64,000 bases of DNA. Origin: Marsupella aquatica (Eukaryota > Plantae > Marchantiophyta). Positions 24,232 through 37,568 of the stretch are shown here, piece by piece; the stretch's first letter is position 1; each line of letters begins with the position of its first letter. Position numbers and translations under genes: made by a program. The stretch is from positions 3,380,211-3,444,210 of the forward strand of contig OZ316897.1 in the NCBI GenBank assembly GCA_973895155.1, in the 5' to 3' direction. The notes below the pieces were generated by a model, which saw only the letters and a list, made by a program, of their open reading frames with translations, was not told the origin of the DNA and did no database searches.

Positions 24232-27200
24232 ATGGCAGCTATGGCGGTGAGCAACCGGATTGAGCTCGGATCCGTGTCCTGCATCACATTGGCGGCAGGG
24301 CCATCCGCAGTGGCCGGTGAGTTTGAATTGGATGGTGTTGCACTTGTTGTGTGACGTGCAATCGATGGGGTTTCGGAACGCATGATGTTTGGTGAATACT
24401 TTTGGGGAATGAAAACAAATGATGTTTGGTGTCAATGAATGAGAACTGGTGACAGACGATGAGCACGGTGTCCTCTTCGGCTTAATTGCGGTTGTCTGAG
24501 TCAGTCCTTTCAGTTTTCGTATCTTCAGTAGTGGTCGTCGACGTTTCCATGAGAACTTCAATTTGCCCTGATACAGTAGTATATCAAAGTGTTGCTGCCT
24601 CGCCTTCCTCTCTACAACAATAATTAATGTGATGAATTTGTTCTTCTGAGTACAAAATTGCAATGCTTTTGTGGGATCAATGGCGATGCATAGTGAGGAT
24701 TGAGCTGCTGACCTCGTTACAATTGCAAGTACCTCCGAGACTACGTTGCATTTCCTTCCCTGGCTACTCGGTTCCTTCTCCAGCCTAGACAAATGCTTTT
24801 GTGAAAGCAATGGCGATGGTGAGGATTGAGATGTTGACCTCGTCATTACAACTTCAATTAGCTCGCTGCCCACTCTTTTCCTTCTCTAGCCTAGACAATG
24901 CTTTTGCAGTGGCGATGGTGAGGATTGCGATGTTCACCTCGTTCTAAACAATTGCAGTTAGTTCCCAGATCACATTGCATTTCCTTCCCTGCCACTCTTT
25001 TCCTTCGTCAGCCTAGACTAACTGCAGCGGTATATCCATGTTAGTGATACTTGAATCCTGTGGCCACGGCTGAATTTGACGCTTGGTCTGCACGTAATCG
25101 GTTCGAGAGATGGACCCGATTTTTTATTTTGTCGTCAAAATCGCTGCTCGTTGTCCGTTCGCTGGCTTCTCAGTCAGCTTTGCTCCTGATCAATTAAGTC
25201 CGTTGCCTTGAAGATACGATGCTAAGCTCTGACTGCTGCTTCAGCTTTCTCTGCTCGGCTCTTCAATTCTCCCCAGACAGACCATCATTTCTGTTTCGAA
25301 TAACCACATCGAAATTCGGTTGCGAGACTTAGGCAAGATCCAAATTTCGGGTCGGGAGCGTGTGCTTAGGATGACTGTTTGACACAACGGAAGTAGAAGT
25401 GAAATAGAAAATTTCGGTGTTCCTTTCAAAATGACGAGAGCAAGACCGAAATGGCGATTCTGTTCGAGACGACTGAAGTAAGAGCTTAGTTTCGGTATCA
25501 TGCAATGTGAAGGGAATTTCGGTTTGGTTTCGTTCAAAATGACGACAGCAAAGACCGAAATTTCGGTTCAGTTCCTTTGAGGTTATCAATATCAGAGCAG
25601 AAAATTGGTCCCGTGCAAGGTGGACGAGAGAAGACCGGAATTCTACTTTGGTTGAAATGACCGAAGTAAGACTTGAGTCTCTGTCTAGTGCAAAATGCAC
25701 CAAGAGAAGACCCAACCTTCGGTTCGGTGATTGTGACAGGACGAAATTCCAATTTCGCGCCCGATGACCACAGCAAGACCCTCATGCCAGTTCCTTGCAG
25801 GATGTCCCACTTCAGGGTATAATTGTGGCCCTCTGCAACAGGACGTCAAGAAGACCGAAATATCGTTTGCAATAGAAAATGGAAACAAGAACAGTTTGAA
25901 GTAATCTCAGTTGTTTTGCACAATGACCCGAAATTACAATACCGTCGCCATTGTGGGCGAGAATGTCCTTCGCCACAGTCTTTGGTGACATAATCAAGAG
26001 CAAAAATTCATCTTTTCTCTCTGATGACTATGACTGAAATTTCTTGGGAATTTTTTCAAATATCAGCCCTTTTGCCGCTTATGAGCATGCACGTGCTTTC
26101 ATAGGCTAGCACCGTGAGCGGGAGACCTTTCGAGCTATTTCTCCAGGAATTCTATGGTTTCCATAAACAGTGACTGCTGGATGTTTACTTGGTGAGAAAC
26201 TCTAGGAAGTGCTTTGATGTAGCGGGTTATTTCACTACTGGGTGGCGCTTCAGAGATTGTCACTAATAATAGTACCATTTGACTGTACATAAGCGGATTG
26301 GTGGAACTCATCCATCCTTGATGTGTTTGGTTCGGCTCCTCTGAACTGCAGGCAGAACACAGCAGGCGACAGCAAGGATCAGCAGTGGATTTTTGGGAAC
26401 TGGGTCTCTGTCCGCCGGCAAGAATGCATCTGCTCAATTCCTACCGCAGAACAGGAAGGGCTCCCGAACTGCGGCGCACAGAGGAGTGGTTGTCATGACA
26501 TCACAGTTCGAGAAGACGAATCCATACGCAGACGAGCTTAAGAGAACTGCAGCTTTCATAGCTCAGCCCGGAAAAGGAATTCTTGCATCCGACGAAAGCA
26601 ATGCTACAACCGGGAAAAGGTGAGTCGAAACACGCGTATCTATGAGCAAAGCTTGCGACGTGTAGACGCTCATAGATTTCTGAGAAAAGATAAACTCTAG
26701 CTTCAGCTACCGCTAGAAGCAATGACGAACTATATGGTTACAACAACCTGATGTGGTTCAGATGCTAGAGGACGACCGTTCTTCCGGAATAAATGACACT
26801 AATTAACTGACCCCAAATATGGTCGAGCAGGTTGGCGACTGTTGCTCTCGACAACACGGAGACCAATCGACAAGCTTGGCGAGAACTTCTCTATTCTGCT
26901 CCTGGCCTTGGCAATGTAAGCTCGTCTCCACTTCTTGAAGGGGCGATGCTGTTAGAATTATGAATTGTGTTTGTCATAGGTTCCTGATGTCAGTAGGAAT
27001 ATAGTAAATTTGGCGTATCAAAGCAGGTTCTAGAATGGTTTAAGAATGAGTCAGTGTTAGATATTCGATCAGTTCCTTCGTGAGGCAGCTAAAGGCTGTC
27101 CTGGGTTCAACGTAATATCAAACCTTGCACTTGTCCAGGTTGAAACCACATTCCTTTGATGCGTGGAAAGGAGATCTTTCTTCTGACAAGCTACCTTCTG

Positions 27201-29856
27201 CTATGCAGTACATTAGTGGAACAATCATGTTCGATGAGACACTGTTCCAGTCATCACGAGCAGGAGTACCGTTTGTTGACATTCTGAAAAAACAGGGTAT
27301 CCTACCTGGAATTAAGGTTGACACTGGTCTACAGCCCATTGACGGTACTGATGGCGAGACCGCCACACAGGGCCTTGATGGCCTGGCCGAAAGGGCGCAA
27401 CGGTAAACTGCTCTTTCTGTTCTACCTACACCAGAGTGTTGAGACATCTTAGGTCGGAAGACTTTATACGACGTTTCCATCCAAGCCTGAAGATATATTG
27501 TTGTGCTTTGTCTCTTTTCTCAGGTACTATAAACAGGGAGCTCGTTTTGCTAAATGGCGAGCAGTGATTAAGGTGGATTCTGAGACACACCCATCTTCCA
27601 CAGCGATCTTGGAGAATGCACATGGTCTTGCCCGATATGCACAAATTTGCCAGGTACATGGCCTCCTCTTCAGTTCCTTACTGATCTTATGGATCGATTA
27701 ACTTAGCAACCACAAACCTGAAGAGTGTGGGGCTGTATTGTTGCTGAAAGGCAAAGACATGGTCTGTTCACTCTTTGCAGGCCAATGGGTTGGTTCCAAT
27801 CGTGGAACCTGAGGTGACTTTGGGCGAGGGTGACTACAGGTGATTAAAATTTTCTACTATTACACTCTTGAATGATCTTTAAAGAGAATGTCATTTTCTT
27901 TCGAGGAGGAAGTACCGGCAACAATCAATCCGATATGTGTAAGCTAACTATTTCCGAATTCTCATGGGTGCAGTATTGAAAGAACTGCTTACATCTCGGA
28001 GAAAGTCAACTCTCACGTGTTCCGCCTTCTCAATGAATACAAGTAAGGAAACAGTGCTTCACGCATTTAAAGTTTCTTAATGGTAGGAAATCTGAATAGG
28101 ACGTTCGCTACTTGTGAATCTCATTGTTGAGCAATATACGAGATCTTTGTTTTGAGGAAGTCGCGGTTTTTGTCTTTGTTTGACAAACAGTGTCATATTG
28201 GAGGGCATCTTGCTGAAACCCAATATGATCCTCCCCGGTATGTCAAGACATAAAACTTGATGATTTCTTTTACAAAACATATATATTATTGGTATATACT
28301 AGTGAATCAGGAACTTGGTTGGTAGCGGAGCTGGAGTGGAGTGAGGTCTATGCAAGAACAGGGTAATGAGGTTTTAGTATTTCACATCAAAATGTCGTAG
28401 TCATTCGACCATTCTCAAGTGCAACTATGTGCATGTTGTAGGCTTGGATGTGCCAACTCCAGCACCAGAAGATGTAGCTAAGTACACAGTCCGAACTATG
28501 CTCAGAACAGTCCCGGGTGCTGTGCCTGGTATGTATACCTCGCTTATGACGCATGTTTCTTTGTTTCACTAATTGCTCATCAACAACATCCAGAATGTTT
28601 TTCCGTAAATGTGAAATTCACTTTCCTATGAGCAGGGCCCGTGTAACCACTGGCAGTAGCATTAGCTAAATGTTGTTCGTGCGACTAATCTCCAATTCTT
28701 TCTCTTGCTACAAACGACAGGGTACCCAGTGACATTATGCACTCTTTAGCTCTACTGGATTGTAACAAGTGCTTTATATCTCATCCAGGTATTCATTTTC
28801 TCTCTGGAGGAATGAGCGAAGAAGAGGCCACCCTCAACTTACAGGCACTACAGGTTCAACCTACATTTCCCTATAACTTCGTACAGTATAAGATAGGAGG
28901 GATGCAGTTCGGTTTCGCTTAAAAGCAGCAGGTTGTACCTGTACCTTCTCTTGAACAGGAAACTTATGCAGGAAACTAATGAAGAGAAGCGGTTTTATTA
29001 TTATCCTGTTGCATACGATTATACTTCTTGCTAAATGTTGACTTTTCTGTCTCGTGCAGGCATATGGACCAACTCCATGGTCGCTGACCTTCTCTTATGG
29101 GCGGGCACTTCAATCCAGCACCCTTAAAATGTGGTCTGGAAAGGTCTGTCGTCTCTACTGAATCTTTTGTCCGCAAAACACAGCTAACTTCCAACTAAAA
29201 CCAACGAAGTCAGAGCTCACTTTGGATGTCTTTGCTGTCACTTACCGTGCTGTCTCCTGTTTATGTTTCAAGCTGATTGGTATTTGAATCTGTGCAAAGA
29301 GTCGAATGGACTAAGTGACTCAACGAACGAATGTAGAGTGTGTTAAGTTCTGGGCAAGTATATTTTGGAACCTGTCAACTGAAATGGCCGGTCTTTCCTA
29401 GAAATGTTTTGACTCAGTAGAATTAGTAACTTTGTCCAGGAAGTGTGATCCTGGTAGGCAGAGGTAGGTTACTAAGAGCGTTCCTCGAGGAACTCCAGCT
29501 CGTTGCCCAGCACTTTGGCAAGATGTGATGTTTAACTAATTTCTTATTCGCACAGGAGGAGAACTGGGATGCAGCCCAGGCGAGGCTTGTGGCTCTTGCC
29601 AAAGCAAATTCTGAAGCGCAGGTATTACTTCTCGCTATCGTGATTACAGAGTAATCTGAGAAACCTTTTCTCACATCGAGAAGATATGCTTGCAGTATTT
29701 TTTATGCTTGGCTGGTCCTCGGGTCTTTCTTTTCCCAGAGTGGAACTTACGTAGTCATTTATTGTCTGGCAGCTTGGAAAGTACACCGGACCACACCCAT
29801 CTCCAGGTGGAACGCGCATTCTTCAACAGCTGCGACTAGGCGGAGCAGGGAAATAG
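24232..29856 (+). CDS. FBA: Class I fructose-bisphosphate aldolase, plastid-targeted, divergent C-terminus, ~440 aa
   Basis: Exons 24232-24316, 26352-26619, 26831-26915, 27209-27402, 27524-27653, 27781-27839, 27974-28042, 28191-28237, 28442-28528, 28789-28853, 29060-29143, 29556-29621, 29773-29856 (1323 nt, in frame). Motifs: [34 protein letters not shown] (Schiff-base Lys), [13 protein letters not shown]. Exon 1 is inferred from a phase-1 match. Confidence 0.92.
24660..25020. repeat. Three diverged copies of a ~115-130-bp unit in FBA intron 1
   Basis: AATGCTTTTG...GGCGATG...TGAGGATTG...ACCTCGT...CCTTC...AGCCTAGAC recurs three times. Confidence 0.7.
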
Positions 29857-31121
29857 AGAAGTTGCAAGACGTATTGTACAGTAATGGTTAGAAATATTCA
29901 TTACAGTCATTCTAATTTATTTGTAAAGTAAACTGGTTTTCAAGCCATGGTTCCTGTGGTTAAATTGTAGAGAAGACTGTGCTTTTATGGCGTCCTGAAG
30001 TATTTGCACTCTAGCATCACTGAATGGAAGATATTTGAAAATAGACCAAACTATGCTATGCTAACTTGACATGGTAGTAGTCCCTCAGCATCATTGGGGT
30101 TTGATGCTGGTCTTAGCTGCAAGGTTGTTAAGATAGTCAGGCAGATTCCTTGCAATTGAATTTCCAAGTTTAAGGGACCCCGTCAAGCCGCATATAAGCC
30201 CTTATTGAACAATCATTGGGAAAAGAAATGTTTGAGCAGTGTCTGGTGAGGATTGCGTCAAAATCCTGCGGTAGCATAATCAGCATATTTCATGCGTAGC
30301 ACCACGAGAAAGAAAATGGCACAACCAAAACTATATTTCCCCTACTCCAGACCAGGGTATCAACAGCGCATTTGTAGACATTCTAAAGCTTTCCAAATTT
30401 CTCTTCGTAGGAGAAACGACCGGAGCTCTGTCTACAGGGTCTATTATACTACAGTGACCTCAATGTTGAAGGTCAGAATGCAAAAGATATATTGTACATA
30501 ATCAGTCAGAGTGGCCAGGATGGCGTCCAGGCTATTGCAAAAGGATGAATACATTGTTTTTTCCAGTCCCGTCTTCATCTTGCCACACAGAATAATTGAG
30601 TTCCATAAACGATGATGAAGAGGGCAAAGGAAAAGATCTAATCATGATTCGCCATGATAAGCACCTCAGATGTGAAGCACAACAATTTCTACTCAGTGTC
30701 CTTTCCATGAAGGTCTGCGTCCCAATTTTCTATTTCCTTTTCTTTGGCTGGTGCAACCTTCCACTTTATGTTCCTTTGCCTTAGTCGGGAAGCTTTTATA
30801 CAATTCACTTCATTCAATTCTCAAACCTTCAAATACTTTAGGGCATTGCAAATGAACCGTCCAATTCAGGCTGAAGATATAAAGGGTGGTTCAAATCTGG
30901 ACTCTCTTGTTGTCTTCAATTCATAATCATTCCTTGAGCTTGCTGAGAGAGTTTTTCTGGCGAAAGAACAGCAAATGCCATGTCAGAAATAATTCTAGTA
31001 ATTAGGACCCTTTTTACTCATTATGACGATGGAATTGATGGATGGCTATTAACTTATCTCGTGGCTTTAAATGCAGATTTTACTTCTGGAGACCGAAACA
31101 AATTCAGAGAAAGTCTGATTT

Positions 31122-33382
31122 TTACGAAGTTTGTATTCTCGTAACAATGTAACTAGAGTAATGGCAAGAAGCTACGCTGTGGACATCGATATTGCTGCCT
31201 TGCCCTTGTCCATTTATTGGTGGAATCATTGTTGAAGGAAGTACCTTCTCTTGATCTTCTGCCCTTTTTTTACAAAATTTGCTTCCCCAACTCATAGCTG
31301 CCAAAATAGCCACTAATGCCCCAGCAAAAGCCACCTTCCTATGCGGACTATTGCCTGGTTGAGAGTCTCCACAACTGATCTCAGGTTCAGAACAAAGTAC
31401 ATTCTCACATGATTTGTGAGAGTCTTCGACAAATGACTTCGTTTGCAATACAGGGCTCCCACGTGTTGATGGGCTTATCGGTAAGACTTCGTCCAGCAGT
31501 GTAGCTTCAGGCAAAATGGTCCCAGCTTGATCCTCCAAGAGCACTTCCTCTATCATACTACTTGTGCGACCACCGTGGGCAGTGCTGTGCGCATCATCTG
31601 AGATGCATCGCACATGGCTAGAGCTTGCCTGAGGTGGGCATTGGCATAATAACGCCTTGAGCCCATACTGGTGGTCATCTCTAGTCTCTGAAGATGTAGA
31701 AGCCGCTACAACAATCAATAACAATGCATTATCCCAAAACATGAGAAACACAGACAAGTCCTAGTACCCGCAAGGAATCTCTCAGGAATGCAGTACAAGC
31801 CTACATCCTCAAGAAAATGGACGATGGCAAAATTTTCAGAGTCATTTGCAGTATGTACCTGTGCTAGAAGGAGGAGCTTGATGGTTAGAGTATCGCAGCA
31901 CAAGACAAATTTCGCCAACATTCTTGTCATTGGGATCCTTCATTTGAATCCATTGCACTCTAGTTCCACTATAAAGCAAATCGTGAACTGAAATAGCTGC
32001 TTTTCCAACCAGTGACTCGCTGTCGAGTAACAGGTCAGAGTTTATCACAGATACCTGATACACAAACCACAATTTCGAATCCTTTGAATGTCAAGTCTCC
32101 ATCACTGTATTGCGAAGACCTTGACCTTTTCCAAGAACAGTACACTGTCCCAGTAGAGAAGCTTATACACGAAAAACCATGTACAATCACAAAGGGAAGT
32201 AATTCATTGAATGTTGCATTTGAGAAGCTGACTCAGTCAAAGGTGAGGAACTTCACACAATTGAAATATTGAAGACAAATTTGAGTCGCAGAGTGTGAGT
32301 CACAAATTTCATTTGATAAAAGAAACAAGATCAACCTCCTTTTATGTTGCAAGGGGCCCAAGCCTTTGAATTTCCCCCTACAATGGCAATTTTCACTATC
32401 TTTGTAATCGATCTGAAGCAATTTTCATCACGACTTTGAAGGTAGAAATCTCAAGTCCAGGCTTACCCATAGTTGTGAATCTTCAGAAGGGACGGCAAGG
32501 TTGAAGTCTGCAAGCCAACTAGGAGAAAGAGTATCCTTCAACGTATCTGTCCGGACCTGTCACTTGAGATTCAAGCTTTAAATCAATTTTCGCGTCAGAC
32601 ATTACAGTGGCTGTGGGTGAAATGAGTATTCAACAAAGGATTCAGTGGGACTGGAATAACTAGGGCAACTAGGGCCTTGTTCTCCTAGGTGAGCGTAATT
32701 GGAGCTTTGGCTTGTCCACAAAACTTTCAGCTAAGTGTTGCCACAAAAAAAGCCTGCGTTCATTCGGATGGACATGAAGTGCTCATTTCGATGTGAAACG
32801 GCAATACAGAGTGCTGCTTGCAATCTCTAGTTCCTTTAATTGTTGTTTCCAGAAATCAATGGCAAGAATCTCTAAAATAAGAGCAACTGAAGCTGAAATT
32901 AGATAGAATTTTGACGTAAATTGTAAAGCTGGTCTCAATAGCAGCTCAAAGTTTCCAATCAGAATTTTGAAATTGAAGGTAAAAAACATATTTTTTAATT
33001 TCCACATTAGGCCCTCGCAGTTTGCTCTCACAGAATTCCGGGTTCGCCTTAATGATCTTATCGTGATCGATTCTCTCTATCTTTCAAGATCGGATATAAA
33101 CTAAGAATTCTGTCTACCTTGCAATGTGAAAGTGGTGATCAAACAAACCTTTTGCTCTCCGATCTGAAGCTCAACACTAGGACGAAATGTTTTTCCATCT
33201 CCACCTGCTTCAAAATTTCTACCTTCAACAACAGAGATTTGAAGGTAACCAATCCCTCCCGTCCCATCTTCAACCCCAACAACATTGTCCTTGTCAATGT
33301 CCACACGATTTCCCATGATCCTCTCTATTGAATCCCCGAAAATTTGAGAAGGAAAGCTACCTATGCCCTCCCCATCAGCCAT
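31122..33382 (-). CDS. C2-domain protein with C-terminal hydrophobic anchor, ~367 aa (3' end uncertain)
   Basis: Exons 33382-33149, 32556-32467, 32054-31859, 31705-31122. C2 fold: GYLQISVVEGRNF...PSVELQIGEQKVRT...SPSW...F...LVGKAAISV...W...GEICLVLRY. Hydrophobic segment KVAFAGALVAILAAMSWG is followed by KFCKKR. An alternative donor at 31244 and a small last exon near 30956 are possible. Confidence 0.75.
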
Positions 33383-34282
33383 GTCTCGATTCGAGGTCAA
33401 CAGATTTGCTACGACAAATAGTCAAATTTAAAACAATAAGGTGATGTTGGTAGCGACTTGTCGAGATTGGCAGGCGAATCTCTCTTTCAGTCAGCAAGCG
33501 TCAAGAAGTATTTTAGGAACTCATGAAATCTTCTTTCCCAACCCATTCACGGAGAACATCCAAAGACATCTTTTCAGATCTCCTCCTGAATATTTCTCAA
33601 AATGATAGCCTCCACATTCCCTGCAAATTTCCAGATCATGATAGTTTTAAATCTACACATACTAAGGATACTCCTCGTTTTGGAGCCATCTAATGGACAA
33701 AACATTGGTAGATTTACAAAAACTAATCGTTGCGCTAAGATTGTTGTCACTCTCAGGTTACTCATGAGTGAGAGGAGAATATGTACAATTTGAAGCCTAA
33801 TCCACCATAAACTCGAGCCAAAGCGATTCTATTTGGACTAGTCAGATTTTCGTCGTCCACTGTCTTAATTGAGAATGAAAGTGGTCAAGTAGATCACCCC
33901 TACTCGCCAAGTCATCACATAATTGTACAATATCATTGTTGGAAGCTTTTGTTGGAGACTCATTGTTGGAAGCTTTTGTTGTTCCAACTCATTGTTAAGA
34001 GATTACACATGGTTGATTCAAGATTTCGTTCAGTGCACGAAGCACTGTTTGAGTTTTCTATAATGGAAGAAAATATGCAAAACACAAGATGAGATTTCAA
34101 GTTGCCTTTATATGGAGTGAGAGGCCTGGAAAATCTATGCTTGTTTACAAGTTTTACAAGGCCAGTGAACAATACTATGCCAAGAAAAATATAAATTATG
34201 ATCAATTACACTACGTAAATAAATGGAGGTGCGAGTCAGTCTGTGCATCCTTGTGGTACTATTGAATGTAAAGGAGGAGTTT

Positions 34283-34699
34283 GGCTAAGAGGTTTTAACT
34301 ACAATGCCACTAAAAGAGATAAGTAATTAATTACAATACTGCCACAGTTTTTGTCCATGGTTACATTGGTTAACTTGACTTCCATGTGTTGCATACTGAT
34401 TGTGTGGAATTTTTGTCCGGACTGTTTCTCATTGCCATTGTTGAAATTTATAAGAGTAGTTTATAAGAGTAGTCTAGTGACCAGACTGCCAAGGGATTGA
34501 CTCTATGCTGACAATTGTCTCATACAGGATGAAGTTAGATCCATGGTTAACTTTTGTCTATCTTTGGTCGTCTGTATTATAAAACCGTGGCACTACAACA
34601 AATTTAGCCAAAATCGTGGGAATGTTACAGTCAAAATTGTGGCAACTTTATAATTACGCACATCTTTAGTGCCATTGTACTTAATAGTTGCTTTGGCTA
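34283..34699. mobile_element. MITE-like foldback element
   Basis: TACAATGCCACTAAAAG...TGCCACAGTTTT near the left end is inverted relative to AAAATTGTGGCA...CTTTAGTGCCATTGTA near the right end. Confidence 0.6.
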
Positions 34700-37337
34700 A
34701 ATCTACTTTACTCTAGGAAAGGTGTAACAGAAACACCACTTTAAGTAGCCAGAGAATTGCAGCGATAGCCTCAAGGGTTTTATAGCCTTAGTTGCTTACA
34801 TACTTTTGAGGTACATTTATTACAAGGACAGCAATGATGGTCATATAATGGTCTTATACCTCGACATGATAACCTACGGAGTAGAGGATATTGAGTCGAC
34901 ATACCCATACAAAATATGACTGAAACTATGATGGACCATTTGCAAGCGGCATGGATCACTATTAGATATACTTTTTATTCAGATAGTATAACATTTTGGG
35001 TGTACACAAATGTTTGGTACAAAAAAAAAACCAAAAAAAAAAGTTTGGTACACCATTGTCTTTCTAGGTGTCAAATGGACAAATGTTGTAGTCCATCCAA
35101 TGATAACTTCTGGGGAAAACATCCTCTCCAAAAGGGAGAAAAAAATAAAATTGATATCCTGGAAATTAGTATAGAACCAGATAGTACGTACTACCTTATG
35201 GCCAAAAAACAATCGATGGCCTAAACTATATTCGCCATTCTTTTCTCGATCTTCACTCGTCACAAATTTTTTTATGGGGCTTCTGTGCATATTTCTTGTG
35301 AAACTTTGAAATAGCAGTTACTCCCACAAATCATGCAGACTGCCCTCAGCTTCGTTGTTTTTTGCACTTTGTCAATGCATAAGAACAGAGTGCTACATAA
35401 ATCTACAATGGTAGCATATATTTTGGAAGCTTTTGTCACTTTACTCAGGTGTAATGGCTGTAAATGTTTCTCTCAGCTGTCTCACAATTTTATTTTAGAA
35501 TGAAGTGTCTAAATTGACATGCACACCTGGCTTCACTCGACTAATGAGAATTTGACCATTAAACTTAGGTGGGAATTATTTCTCTTTTGCACAGATAATA
35601 GATTTTTTTTTTTTACTTGAATCTTGAATACGAGTATCGTCATTTTCTCTCTCGATGAATTTTTTGCATGAATGTAAAGTTAAGAATTAGAAATTGAATT
35701 TCTTTCATTTGTCCTTTGTCATTTACTCAAAGTTACACTTCACTTCTTTAGAACTAAAAAAATTCATTTTCCATATCCTTTCCCTCCAAGCCTATTGAGT
35801 TTGTTGGCTCCATAGCTCATTAGATGGTGTTTTCTTGGATCATACCTTTTATGGGCGTTTCAGATAGCAGTACGGTAGCATCTTCGTATTCCGGTATTTA
35901 TACCTAGCTACGATCATTTCATGCATGGGTACCCGCAGAGGATAAGAAGATTCCAAGAAGATGCTGAATCTGAGCCGTCCATTAATTCTATCGATGGTCA
36001 AGATATTTCTGCAGCCCCTGAGGAATAATAATTGGCCATGACTGTCGGGGCACTTTCAGTGTACCCACCGTATATGTTTTGGTACGGGGCTGATGCCCTG
36101 GTCAGGTAACGCGACGGCTGACGTCATGTTTCCAACCGTAACCGAACGAGGCATTGAATGTCCATCATTTCAGTCACGGCTGTTTGTTGTACGCATTATA
36201 CTGATCTCTTTCTAAGTGCACAGTCCGGGAAGAAGCCTTTAGTAGGGTTTGCCACTTGGAGTTCGCATTTCTCGATTACAATAGGGTGTCTCGTCACTTG
36301 GAATTCACATTTCTCGATTATAGTAGGGTATCTCAAAGTTTCTAAATTAGGGATGATGACATTAGATCCTAGAGGGGTGTTGTTCATTTTTTCAAAAGGT
36401 TCTGGAAAGGTCTGTTTTCCCCACTAGCCTCTATAGTGACTGGTGGGAATGCCATAAGACCAATTTTGATGGCAACAAAATTATGTACTAGGAGTTTAGT
36501 AGTCCGTAACTTTGTGTGACAGTAACCCATAACTAGGGAGTCAAGGCCCATCAAAGTTTCAGCTTGGAGACACCCTAATGGGCAAGAATAAAATTGTTAT
36601 CATGCAACTGTCTATATTTATATTATGCATAATTTAAAAAGAAAACATCTATTCTACCTTAATAGTCATGCATACAACCTTATGCGCGTTTTGCACTTAT
36701 GTATCTGTCCTCTAATGAAGCCTTCTTTGTACTTACAAAAGTCCAAAAACACACTGCAAAGTGGTACGAAAAAGAAAGACAATAGGGACACCTTGCAGTT
36801 ATCCAGAGTTTTCAATCCTGGAGTGTACACTTGGAAAGTGGTCACACTAGAAGGGCTACAGGACGACAAAGGCCACGACATCCGATATGCAGCCGCTACA
36901 AGGTTTGATCCCCGAACAGCCTCTTTGAGTCTTTGGGAACAACCTTGGGAACACCCTTGGGAACAACCTGGAGTCCTGGAGTTGCCAGGCTGGGGTACAG
37001 TACAGGACCGGACCGCATGGTACATGATTTTGTTTAGAAGAGTCTCGGAGGGAAGGGGTCATGGTACAGTACCAATAATCGAGGACTGTGGTTAGCAGCT
37101 GTAGTTAACCAGTGACGGTCAACATTTTCACTGTCCAGTACTTCATCACTAACAAGTACTGTACTGAAAGCCGTCCCCCCTGGGACCCGACATCGGCCCC
37201 ACCCGCTTGGTGCAACTGGCATTGGGAGTCGCAAACGCCAAAGCATTTGCAGGCCCACACCAAAAACGTTTTCCCGGCCTCTTCCAGTACAAATAACATC
37301 TTGGTAAGTGCAATCTTGCTTTGTGACATTTCAATAT

Positions 37338-37568
37338 AAATGCAAATTTCACTGATATAGCACTTACTAAGTACTACTAAGTGCAATGTTGACTTAGAAA
37401 TTGCAGTTACTAAGCAAATGCAACTATTTCAATAGTCAGTGTAAGTATTGCACTTATTGGGGTTTGCGATATATTCAAGAATGGCATTTACGAGGACTGT
37501 GATAAACGCAAAGTCTTCAATAGGTTGCACTTATCAATACCTGCAATGTAGTGAATTTATTTCATTTG
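37338..37568. mobile_element. AT-rich foldback / MITE-like element
   Basis: AAATGCAAATTTCACT...TAAGTGCAA is inverted relative to TTGCACTTA...AGTGAATTTATTTCATTT. Confidence 0.45.

Noticed and set aside
24229-24873. 214-aa minus-strand ORF
   Set aside because: Non-ATG start, antisense to FBA exon 1 and intron 1, partly made of the intronic repeat, and no recognisable domain.
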